NCBI GenBank assembly: GCA_044356455.1
Contig: JBIKWF010000077.1
Coordinates: 1 to 20,755 of the forward strand
Reading direction: 5' to 3'
Source: Bdellovibrionota bacterium
GTDB lineage: Bacteria > Bdellovibrionota_C > UBA2361 > JBGSMV01
Length of the DNA: 20,755 nucleotides
Below are positions 9,138 through 17,347 of this stretch, piece by piece; the stretch's first letter is position 1, and each line of letters begins with the position of its first letter. Below the pieces are notes generated by a model that had not been told where the DNA came from, did no database searches, and saw only the letters and a program-made list of their open reading frames with translations. Made by a program: the position numbers and the translations under genes.

Positions 9138-9281
9138 TTAAATTACGACACTAGGAATCTGCGAGCACCTGCTCGACTCGTTCCCTAAGTGCTTCATGGA
9201 GCTCACCTGAAAGCCTTTAAGGAGGCGGTAGAGAGCCCCCTCGAGCACGGCGGTACCTAGCTCGCCTAATTCAGAGTCCAT
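9138..9281 (-). pseudogene. Possible decayed 5' fragment of a GxxExxY-family gene
   Basis: MDSELGELGTAVLEGALYRLLKGFQVS, with HEAL in a shifted frame, then GNESSR...IPSVVI*K. This loosely follows the GxxExxY N-terminus (ELxxxVIGAAIEVHRxLGPGFLESVYEEAL). Aligned by eye only. Confidence 0.3.
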
Positions 9282-9483
9282 GGAAACAGCTTCACTTTTC
9301 ATGAGAGAGCCCCGGAACCCAAAAATCGGTATCAATCCTGTGAGCCAGGTTTAAAGCCGGTCTCGGAAAACTGTAGGCATCAGCGGCTGATTTTTATATC
9401 CATAGTTACAGCATGTTACGCGCAAGGATCGGACGAACAGCGCAACTATCTGATCCTCAATTAAAAGGTAACCCTTGCTCCCA

Positions 9484-9511
9484 TTGATGTATTCAGTCGA
9501 CTGACTAAACT
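9484..9511 (+). promoter_or_regulatory. Candidate sigma-70 promoter with an embedded TetR operator
   Basis: TTGATG (9484-9489)-N16-TAAACT (9506-9511); perfect palindrome TCAGTCGACTGA (9493-9504) in the spacer. Confidence 0.6.
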
Positions 9512-9518
9512 CACCAGC

Positions 9519-10286
9519 ATGCTGGACTCACAGGATTCTGCAAAGCTCTCCTCAGGCACGACTGAGAGCACCAAAGTGTCGGCCCGCGAGGCTCTTCTTG
9601 CCGCCGCAGAGTCTCTCTTCGCCGAACGCGGCTATTCTGCCGTGAGTACCCGAGAAATCGCTGAAGCAGCCCAGGTAAATCTTGGCGCGATTCAGTATCA
9701 CTTTGGATCCAAGGCCAAGCTTTTCATTGCAACAGTGCATCGCATGATGCACAGCTGCGCTTCTATGCGAGCAGGGCTGAATGCGCCTGAGGGGTGCGCC
9801 GACACGAGAGATGCGGCTCACAAGCTTTGTACATTTATCTACGGCCTTCTTCTCAACGTGCTTCGTCCTTCAGGCCCTCAGGCCTCACGTGTCATGTGCA
9901 GAGAAATCCTCTCTAGTGATTTCAATTCCCAAGATGAGATGTTCCGAGAACTTGTATCGAGTGTCGTGGAGGAATTCACGCGCCCAATTCGGGACGATCT
10001 CATTCAGGTTATCAAGGTTCTCGCTCCTGAGCGTGACGAGCAGAGCTTGAAATGGTCGGTCGCTTCAATTATCGGGCAGTGCCATTTCTATGTAACTCAT
10101 CGCCCCTTTGTTGAAGAACTTGATCGGAACGACATCTCTTTAAGTCCCTATCTTGAAGGGCTCGCGGAGCATATCGCGAAGTTCTCTCTGCGCGGCCTCG
10201 GCTGTGATGAGGAGCTTATTTCGCGAATCTGTAAGGATTTTTTCTCACCTTTGTCTAAGCCATCTCTATCCAAGGCAACAATATGA
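9519..10286 (+). CDS. TetR/AcrR family regulator (CecR/DUF1956-like C-terminus)
   Basis: AAESLFAERGYSAVSTREIAEAAQVNLGAIQYHFGSKAKLF HTH; SIIGQCHFY; ATGA overlap with the MFP gene. Confidence 0.92.
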   Translation: MLDSQDSAKLSSGTTESTKVSAREALLAAAESLFAERGYSAVSTREIAEAAQVNLGAIQYHFGSKAKLFIATVHRMMHSCASMRAGLNAPEGCADTRDAAHKLCTFIYGLLLNVLRPSGPQASRVMCREILSSDFNSQDEMFRELVSSVVEEFTRPIRDDLIQVIKVLAPERDEQSLKWSVASIIGQCHFYVTHRPFVEELDRNDISLSPYLEGLAEHIAKFSLRGLGCDEELISRICKDFFSPLSKPSLSKATI

Positions 10287-11434
10287 AGAGCAACAAAGAC
10301 TTTCCCCTTTCGGCGCAGCTATTTGCTGGCGTGGTAATAGCCGGCTCCCTCGTCATCGTTCTTGGCGTTTACAAGTCTATTAGCATTAGCGCGGCGATAG
10401 CTCAGCATGCGAATTTTGCGCCACCGCCAGAGGCTGTTACCTCTATCACCGCCTCAGAAGTGCCTTGGCGTTCAACTCTCTCAGCCGTTGGCTCTCTCGC
10501 GTCTGTGCAAGGAGTAACTTTGGGCGTCGAAGAATCCGGTATCGTAAAGGCTATTTTGGTTGAATCGGGAACCTCTGTTGAGCGGGGACAACTGCTTGTT
10601 GAGCTAGATAGTTCCGTTGAAGAGGCTCAACTTCGTGGCAGTCTTGCAAGGCTCGACCGGGCGCGCCAGGAACTTGAGCGCACCAAGAGCCTCAAAGAAA
10701 AAAATGCAATTTCAAAATCAGAATTCGATAAAGCAGAGGCCGAGTATCGCTCCGCCGATTCTGAGGCCGCTGCCTTAAGGGCACAAATCGCAAGAAAGCG
10801 GGTGACCGCTCCCTTTGCGGGGAAAGTAGGTATCAAAGAGGTGAATGTGGGTCAGTATCTCACTGAAGGCACACCGGTAATTCCCCTGTATGCGCTCGAC
10901 CCCTTGTATGTAAACTTCACTCTCCCACAGCAGGCGATTCAGGAACTCGCCCCAGGCCAGAAGGTCAAAGTTATCCTCGAGGGGGACACGGATCACGAGA
11001 CGGAAGGAACGCTCACCGCAATTAATCCGCAAGTTGATGAACGAACACGTAATGTTTCTTTGCAAGCGACCATTCGCAACGAAAAAGAACTCCTGCGCCC
11101 AGGAATGTTCGTACGCGTCATTGTTGAGCTCCCCAAGTCACAACAAGTGGTAGCAATTCCGAATTCAAGCATCAGCTATGAGCCATACGGCGACAGCGTT
11201 TTTGTGATTGAAACTATGAAGGACCCTAAAGGGGCAGAGTATCTCGGAGTTCGCTCACAGATTGTCAAAGTGGGTGGACAACGCGGAGAGCAGGTCGCCA
11301 TTCTTCATGGGCTCAAGCCAGGAGAACAAGTCGTAACCTCAGGTGTATTCAAGCTTCGGCCAGGCGCGGCGATAGTGGTTAATAATGATTTTAGTCCTTC
11401 GAATAATCCTGCCCCTAACCCCGCAGACTCATAA
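10283..11434 (+). CDS. RND efflux periplasmic adaptor (membrane fusion protein)
   Basis: N-terminal TM segment, lipoyl halves (ESGTSVERGQLLVELD; APFAGKVG), helical hairpin, LRPGMFV, GLKPGEQVVTSG. Confidence 0.95.
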   Translation: MKSNKDFPLSAQLFAGVVIAGSLVIVLGVYKSISISAAIAQHANFAPPPEAVTSITASEVPWRSTLSAVGSLASVQGVTLGVEESGIVKAILVESGTSVERGQLLVELDSSVEEAQLRGSLARLDRARQELERTKSLKEKNAISKSEFDKAEAEYRSADSEAAALRAQIARKRVTAPFAGKVGIKEVNVGQYLTEGTPVIPLYALDPLYVNFTLPQQAIQELAPGQKVKVILEGDTDHETEGTLTAINPQVDERTRNVSLQATIRNEKELLRPGMFVRVIVELPKSQQVVAIPNSSISYEPYGDSVFVIETMKDPKGAEYLGVRSQIVKVGGQRGEQVAILHGLKPGEQVVTSGVFKLRPGAAIVVNNDFSPSNNPAPNPADS

Positions 11435-11475
11435 TGAACGAGCGCGCAAACGAATAGCCCCTCATTGGAGCACTC

Positions 11476-14400
11476 ATGTCTTTTACCGATTTATTCATCA
11501 AACGCCCCGTTCTCGCTGTCTGCGTCAATCTGCTCATTCTGGTAGCGGGTTATCAAGCGATTAAAAGCCTGAATGTAAGACAGTACCCTAGAAGCGACCT
11601 GGCAATTGTCTCAGTCAAAACCGCATATGTGGGAGCTAACGCTGACCTCGTACGAGGCTTTATTACCACACCTCTCGAGCGCGTTATCGCAAGCGCGGAC
11701 GGAATTGATTACCTCGAATCTAGTAGCCAGCAGGGGCTTAGCACCATCACTGCCCATCTCCGGCTGAATTTCGATGTTAATGCCGCGCTTACTCAGATTC
11801 AGTCAAAAGTTGCTCAGGTGAGAAACGACCTTCCACCAGAGGCTGAGGCGCCAATCATAGACGTGGAGACCGCGGACAATCGCTTTGCCGCCATGTACAT
11901 CAGCTTCTATTCTGATGATCTCGATCAAAATCAAATCACCGATTACCTCACGCGCGTCGTTCAGCCACGAATCTCGGCCCTTCCTGGGGTCCAAAAGGCA
12001 GACATTCTCGGAGCACGCGTATTCGCCATGCGCGTGTGGCTAAAGCAAGATCGTCTGGCCGCACTCGGCCTCAGCCCTTCCGTAGTGCGCACGGCACTTG
12101 AAGCGAACAATTACCTCTCAGCGGTCGGTAACACCAAGGGAACCCTCATCAACGTTAATCTCACCGCCAATACCGATTTGCGTTCAAAGCAAGAGTTTGA
12201 AGAACTCGTCGTGAGGCGCGATGGGAATACGGTCATACGCCTAAAGGATGTCGCCGACATTGTATTAGGAGCAGAGAACTACGACGAGGAAGTTCGCTTT
12301 AGCGGACAAACTGCAACCTTCATGGGTGTTTGGGCGCTACCGAATGCGAACTCTCTTGATGTCATTTCACTCGTACAAGAAACTCTTCCGAGCATTGAGG
12401 CGGGACTTCCCCGGGGAATGAAGCTTGGTGTTCCCTACGACTCGACGGAGTATATACGTGACGCTATCAATGAAGTCGTAAAGACGCTTACGGAGACAGT
12501 GATAATTGTTATCGTCGTAATCTCTTTGTTTCTTGGATCTCTGCGCTCCGTCCTTGTGCCTGTGGTGGCTATTCCCCTTTCACTGGTTGGCGCTGCGGCT
12601 CTGATGATGCTCTTTGGGTTCTCAATTAATCTGTTAACGCTACTTGCCATCGTTCTTGCAGTGGGACTGGTGGTAGACGACGCCATCGTCATGCTCGAGA
12701 ACGTCGAGCGACATGTTGCAGACGGCATGGAACCTGTAGCGGCGGCTCTGAAGGCCGGCCGGGAGCTGGCAGGCCCCATCGTCGCCATGACAATTACCTT
12801 AGCTGTCGTGTATACCCCAATCGCTTTTCAAGGCGGACTCACTGGAACGCTCTTTAGGGAATTCGCGCTTACGCTCGCAGGAGCGGTTTTTGTCTCGGGC
12901 ATTGTCGCGCTTACGCTTTCTCCGATGATGGCCTCGCGCCTCGTGCACAAGGAAGTCCACCCGACGAAATTTAAACTTTTCGTCGAAGAAACATTTCTCA
13001 AGCTTAAGACGGGATACGAGAAGATCCTGCGCGAGGCGCTTTCTTCTCAAGTTGCCATTCTGACCGGCTCGGCCATTTTTATGGTCTGCATTATACCCTT
13101 CTATGCGTTGTCCACTAAGGAACTTGCGCCGCGTGAAGACCAAGGGGTGCTGTTTGGAATCGTGCAGGCCTCTCCAAATTCCTCCCTTGAACAAACCTCG
13201 CGCTATACCCAAGCCGTGAACAAGGTCTACGAAAGTTTTCCTGAGTTCTCTAAGTCTTTCCAGCTTACTAATCCCGCCGGGGGATTTTCTGGGATGCTTC
13301 TCAAACCTTGGAGCGAGCGTTCGCGCACGGTTCAAGAAATCGAGCCTGAAGCGTGGGGGAAGGTTTCATCTATTCCTGGAGTACGGGTTATCATCACTAG
13401 CCCGCCTCCCCTACCCGGGGGAACTGATTTCCCTGTTGAAATGGTAATCTCTTCTACCGCGGAACCTGCAAGAATCTTCGAGATTTCCGAGCAGCTTGTA
13501 ATGAAAGCAATTGAGAGCGGAATGTTCATCTTTGCTGATAGCGACCTCAAATTCGATCTCCCCCAATCTGAGATTGTAGTGGATCGAGATAAGGTTGCCA
13601 TGCTGGGGATTGATCTTGCGCAAGTTGGTCAGGATCTAGGAACCTTCGCGGGAGGAAACTACGTAAACCGCTTCAATATTCAAGGACGAAGTTACAAAGT
13701 TATCCCTCAAGGCAAACGCGTAGAACGCCTTACACCTGAACAACTGCTAAGTGTGTATGTGGCCGGACCGGAAAAGCAGCTTATCCCAGCCTCAACCTTC
13801 GCAACGATAGCCAATAGCGTTCAGCCGCGATCTCTCAATCGCTTTCAGCAGCTGAATTCAGCAAAAATTCAAGGCGCCATAGTACCCGGTGTCTCGGGCG
13901 ATGCAGCTCTCAAGGTTCTAGAAGACGCGGCCAAAGAGATAATGCCTCCGGGCTTTTCGATCGATTATGCGGGCGAATCAAGGCAACTTAGGACCGAGGG
14001 CAATGCACTTACTGGCACGCTTATTCTCGCGATGCTCATGATTTTCTTGGTGCTTGCTTCTCAGTTTGAGAGTTTTAGAGACCCGCTCATTATTCTGGCG
14101 GGATCCGTTCCCTTGGCACTATCTGGGGCCCTGATGTTTGTTTTCCTCGATTTCACGAGTCTTAATATCTATTCTCAGGTGGGCCTCGTTACCCTTGTGG
14201 GACTGGTTTCCAAGAACGGAATTCTCATCGTGGAGTTTGCAAACGTTCTTCAGGAGTCTGGGCTCTCCAAAGCCGAGGCAATTGTTCAAGCAAGCGCCAC
14301 TCGGCTACGGCCCATTCTTATGACTTCCGTTGCAACCGTTGTGGGCCACTTCCCCTTGGTGCTCGCCTCTGGAGCAGGAGCGGGTTCTCGAAATAGCATC

Positions 14401-14544
14401 GGATGGGTTCTTGTTACTGGAATGATAATTGGAACTACACTGACGCTTTTTGTGGTGCCTTCAATTTATATGCTGTTAGCTCGTTCGCATTCTCATCAGA
14501 AAGAGCAGCCGCTCTCTCAGGGCACGGCGTTGGTCCATGGCTAA
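11476..14544 (+). CDS. RND efflux permease (AcrB/AcrD/AcrF family, MexI/MexW-like)
   Basis: FIKRPVLA, GLVVDDAIVMLEN, SKNGILIVEFAN, RLRPILMT; 1022 aa. Confidence 0.97.
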   Translation: MSFTDLFIKRPVLAVCVNLLILVAGYQAIKSLNVRQYPRSDLAIVSVKTAYVGANADLVRGFITTPLERVIASADGIDYLESSSQQGLSTITAHLRLNFDVNAALTQIQSKVAQVRNDLPPEAEAPIIDVETADNRFAAMYISFYSDDLDQNQITDYLTRVVQPRISALPGVQKADILGARVFAMRVWLKQDRLAALGLSPSVVRTALEANNYLSAVGNTKGTLINVNLTANTDLRSKQEFEELVVRRDGNTVIRLKDVADIVLGAENYDEEVRFSGQTATFMGVWALPNANSLDVISLVQETLPSIEAGLPRGMKLGVPYDSTEYIRDAINEVVKTLTETVIIVIVVISLFLGSLRSVLVPVVAIPLSLVGAAALMMLFGFSINLLTLLAIVLAVGLVVDDAIVMLENVERHVADGMEPVAAALKAGRELAGPIVAMTITLAVVYTPIAFQGGLTGTLFREFALTLAGAVFVSGIVALTLSPMMASRLVHKEVHPTKFKLFVEETFLKLKTGYEKILREALSSQVAILTGSAIFMVCIIPFYALSTKELAPREDQGVLFGIVQASPNSSLEQTSRYTQAVNKVYESFPEFSKSFQLTNPAGGFSGMLLKPWSERSRTVQEIEPEAWGKVSSIPGVRVIITSPPPLPGGTDFPVEMVISSTAEPARIFEISEQLVMKAIESGMFIFADSDLKFDLPQSEIVVDRDKVAMLGIDLAQVGQDLGTFAGGNYVNRFNIQGRSYKVIPQGKRVERLTPEQLLSVYVAGPEKQLIPASTFATIANSVQPRSLNRFQQLNSAKIQGAIVPGVSGDAALKVLEDAAKEIMPPGFSIDYAGESRQLRTEGNALTGTLILAMLMIFLVLASQFESFRDPLIILAGSVPLALSGALMFVFLDFTSLNIYSQVGLVTLVGLVSKNGILIVEFANVLQESGLSKAEAIVQASATRLRPILMTSVATVVGHFPLVLASGAGAGSRNSIGWVLVTGMIIGTTLTLFVVPSIYMLLARSHSHQKEQPLSQGTALVHG

Positions 14545-14677
14545 GGAACCTCTGAAGAATCCCCATTCCTAATACACCTCTGCGTACCTTTGTGGCCTCG
14601 GTGGTAAATTCATTGAAGAAAATTTACCACAGGGGACGCAGAGGTACGCAGCAGTGAATTTTTCAGAAGTTCCTTAG
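14541..14677. mobile_element. MITE-like nested palindromic element, copy 4
   Basis: CTAA|GGAACCTCTGAAGAAT...ATTTTTCAGAAGTTCC|TTAG. The left flank contains the RND gene TAA stop (14542-14544). Confidence 0.82.
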
Positions 14678-14727
14678 CGAGCCGCGACTGCTCCCAGCCC
14701 GTGGGGAGGCGTGAGCAATCACCGCTT

Positions 14728-14849
14728 GGTAGGGCGTCCTGTCCCCAGGGCGCCGAAATATCTTGCAAGTGCCACCGGTCGATTCCACAACGCCAGGAAC
14801 TTAGCGAGTTGCAAGATCATGAGGCGCCGTGAGGACACGGCGCCCTACC
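14728..14849. repeat. Inverted REP doublet (REPIN-like), GTAG-foot family
   Basis: GGTAG-GGCGTCCTG-TCCC-CAGGGCGCC (+, 14728-14754) and GGTAG-GGCGCCGTG-TCCT-CACGGCGCC (-, 14823-14849). Additional spacer IR ATCTTGCAA (14760-14768) / TTGCAAGAT (14809-14817). Confidence 0.8.
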
Positions 14850-14976
14850 TAGGGAACCTCTGAAAAACTCACCTCTGAGTCCTCTGTGGTGAAATTTTCA
14901 TGAAGAAATTCACCACAGAGGACACGGAGGTACACAGAGGTGTATTAAGAATGAAGGTTTTTCAGAAGTTCCCTAG
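14849..14976. mobile_element. MITE-like nested palindromic element, copy 5 (inverted relative to copy 4)
   Basis: CTAG|GGAACCTCTGAAAAAC...GTTTTTCAGAAGTTCC|CTAG: 16-bp TIR with one mismatch and CTAG on both sides. The left arm lacks one ~10-bp unit. Confidence 0.85.
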
Positions 14977-14981
14977 ACTAC

Positions 14982-16250
14982 TTACTCGCTCGCACTCTTC
15001 GTGGGGCACGTGGCCAGGGCGACCACACCCTCTTCCAGTGCAAGCGTTACTTTCTGGGAGTGCGCAGGAATAAAGAAGGCACTCCCGTGTACCGCACGCT
15101 GCCGATTTCCATCCACCGTGTAGGTAGCAGTCCCTTCAAGCACCACACAGAGGGAAGGAACTCCACTTGGGAGCATCACTTCCTCTTGAGGTCCCGTGAT
15201 AGTGCCGAGCATAAACTCCTCGGCAGGCGCTCGGTACCAGCATACTCCTTGAGTCGTTACGGGGGTAATGCGCCGCGCACGCTGCTCTTCAAACGTGAGC
15301 ATTGAAAAGAGCGTAGGGACGTCGCAAAATTTTTCGGTAAGGCCGGCTCGCACCACGTTATCCGAATTCGCCATGCATTCAATCAGCTCTCCTTCGAGAT
15401 AGGCATGGGGGATATTGGGGCCAATAAAAACAGCTTCTCCAGGAGAAAGCGTGACAAGATTAAGAAAGAAGACACTCAGAAGTCCCACGTCAGAAAGCTT
15501 ATAATCCTTGGTAAGCTGCAGAAACCACTGCTCGGCGTCGCTTCGCGCATCCAGGCTAGAAAGTAAAGTGAGGAGCTTGGAATTACATTCTTCAATCTCT
15601 TCCCGGCGTGCAGAGAAGCAACGCGCAAACATTTCTTTACGCTTTGCTGGCGAAGGATCTGCCTGCGCTGCATCTAATAGCGCCTTACCAAAAAAATCCT
15701 GCAGAGGGGCGTGAACAAGCGCATCGAGAGTGCGCGTTAAAGGACAAAATCCGTAAAGAAGAGTTACGGCACTTAGAGCTACTCCCACTTCCGGCTTATG
15801 ACGGTCATCGGGATAGTGCACGGGGTCCGTAGCATGAAGTTTTAGAGCTAGACTTGCGTCGGGGTGAGCCTGTATGGACAGTGCTCTTCCAATCGAGAGG
15901 ACCTTAAAGAGGAAGGGCAGTTCTGCGTATCGATGCGCAACATTATCACCCAGCATACCGCGCGTATTGCGCTGAATGACCTGGTCGAGAGAAGCACCTT
16001 GCCCCCTTTCAAGAAGAGGGGAAGGACCTTTAGGGTGCGCCCCAAACCAAAGTTCGGCATAGCACTCGGCAGAGTTTTCTGAGTCTCCTGAGTGCGCCGC
16101 CCCTTCCTGAGAGGCCTTTGTAGACTGAGTAAGGCCCGAAATAAGAGAGTTCTCGGGAGGCCTCCCCCACGCATATCGCTGGATAACACCCTCAATGGGA
16201 AAGGGACTCGTTTCCTCTTGAACTGAGGGGTCTTTTTTATCAAATGCCAT
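14982..16250 (-). CDS. manA: Mannose-6-phosphate isomerase, class I
   Basis: YAWG, AELWFGAHP, LPFLFKVLS, LSIQAHP, HKPE, PHAYLEG, ECMANSDNVVRAGLT. Confidence 0.96.
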   Translation of the reverse strand: MAFDKKDPSVQEETSPFPIEGVIQRYAWGRPPENSLISGLTQSTKASQEGAAHSGDSENSAECYAELWFGAHPKGPSPLLERGQGASLDQVIQRNTRGMLGDNVAHRYAELPFLFKVLSIGRALSIQAHPDASLALKLHATDPVHYPDDRHKPEVGVALSAVTLLYGFCPLTRTLDALVHAPLQDFFGKALLDAAQADPSPAKRKEMFARCFSARREEIEECNSKLLTLLSSLDARSDAEQWFLQLTKDYKLSDVGLLSVFFLNLVTLSPGEAVFIGPNIPHAYLEGELIECMANSDNVVRAGLTEKFCDVPTLFSMLTFEEQRARRITPVTTQGVCWYRAPAEEFMLGTITGPQEEVMLPSGVPSLCVVLEGTATYTVDGNRQRAVHGSAFFIPAHSQKVTLALEEGVVALATCPTKSASE

Positions 16251-16341
16251 AGTACTTCGGGTATAGCTGGGCAGAGCTCAATTGCTCAATAACTCAACTC
16301 AAGGAGTTGAACACGATATCCTCACAGAGTAACGTCCCTAT

Positions 16342-17241
16342 ATGGAATGGCTCAATTACCACCATCTTCTTTATTTCTGGACTGTAGCTCGAGAAGGAAC
16401 AATCTCGCGCGCCTGCAAGCAACTGAGACTTGCACAGCCAACCATCAGTGCGCAATTAAAGGCTCTCGAAGAGCAGCTTGGAGAACCCCTTTTTGACCGA
16501 AGAGGGCGAAATTTAGTGCTTACTCCGACGGGCCATGTCGTTTTTAAGTACGCTGACAACATCTTCTCTCTTGGGCGTGAGCTCATGGACGTCCTCAAGG
16601 GGCGTCCTACCGGGAAACCCCTCGCATTAGTCATAGGTATAGCAGATGTGGTGCCAAAACTAGTTGCCTACCACCTTATAGAACCAGCATTAAAGCTCCC
16701 AGAACCGGTAAAAGTGGTTTGCCGGGAGGATCGGACCGAACAGCTTATAGCCTCTCTGGCCATTAACGAGGTTAACCTTGTTATTGCCGATAGCCCTCTG
16801 CCTCCGACCTCAAAAGTTAAGGCCTTTAATCACCTGCTTGGAGAAAGTGGGATTTCTTTTTTCGCGAAGCCATCATTAGCGAAAAAATTATCCAAGGATT
16901 TCCCCCTTTGTTTAAATGGAGCTCCCGTACTCCTGCCCACTGAAAATACCTCGCTACGACGGTCACTAGATCTCTGGTTTGATAACCGCTCTATTTCTCC
17001 TGATGTGGTGGGAGAGTTTCAAGATAGCGCACTACTTAAGATGTTCGGTAAGGCGGGCGTTGGTGCCTTCCCAGCCCCCACCGTGATGGAAGCCGATTTG
17101 ATCGCAAACGAAAAAGTCGTCGTGATAGGACGTACCAATGACATCCGAGAGCGCTACTATGCGATCTCTGTGGAGAGGAAACTTAAGCACCCAGCTATCG
17201 TTGCTATCTCTCAAGCGGCGCGAAACAACTTGTTCGCTTAA
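16342..17241 (+). CDS. nhaR: LysR family transcriptional activator, NhaR-like
   Basis: MEWLNYHHLLYFW...LRLAQPTISAQL HTH, GIADVVPKLVAY, EFQDSALLKMFG, YYAISVERKLKHP. Confidence 0.88.
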   Translation: MEWLNYHHLLYFWTVAREGTISRACKQLRLAQPTISAQLKALEEQLGEPLFDRRGRNLVLTPTGHVVFKYADNIFSLGRELMDVLKGRPTGKPLALVIGIADVVPKLVAYHLIEPALKLPEPVKVVCREDRTEQLIASLAINEVNLVIADSPLPPTSKVKAFNHLLGESGISFFAKPSLAKKLSKDFPLCLNGAPVLLPTENTSLRRSLDLWFDNRSISPDVVGEFQDSALLKMFGKAGVGAFPAPTVMEADLIANEKVVVIGRTNDIRERYYAISVERKLKHPAIVAISQAARNNLFA

Positions 17242-17347
17242 CTTGATGATTCAATTCATGTTGCAGGCATCGACGTCCTAACCATCTTTGAACCAAAAAT
17301 GCCATTTTTTTCTTTGTTTTCAGGCGTTCCTGAGCTATTTCCAATTC

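Noticed and set aside
3577..14976. Palindromic repeats as a CRISPR array
   Set aside because: The copies are dispersed, ~130 bp long, not separated by regular unique spacers, and there are no cas genes.
4671..17274. 12-bp match GCAGGCATCGAC at 4671-4682 and 17263-17274
   Set aside because: Several 12-mer matches are expected by chance in a 20-kb self-comparison, and it does not extend.
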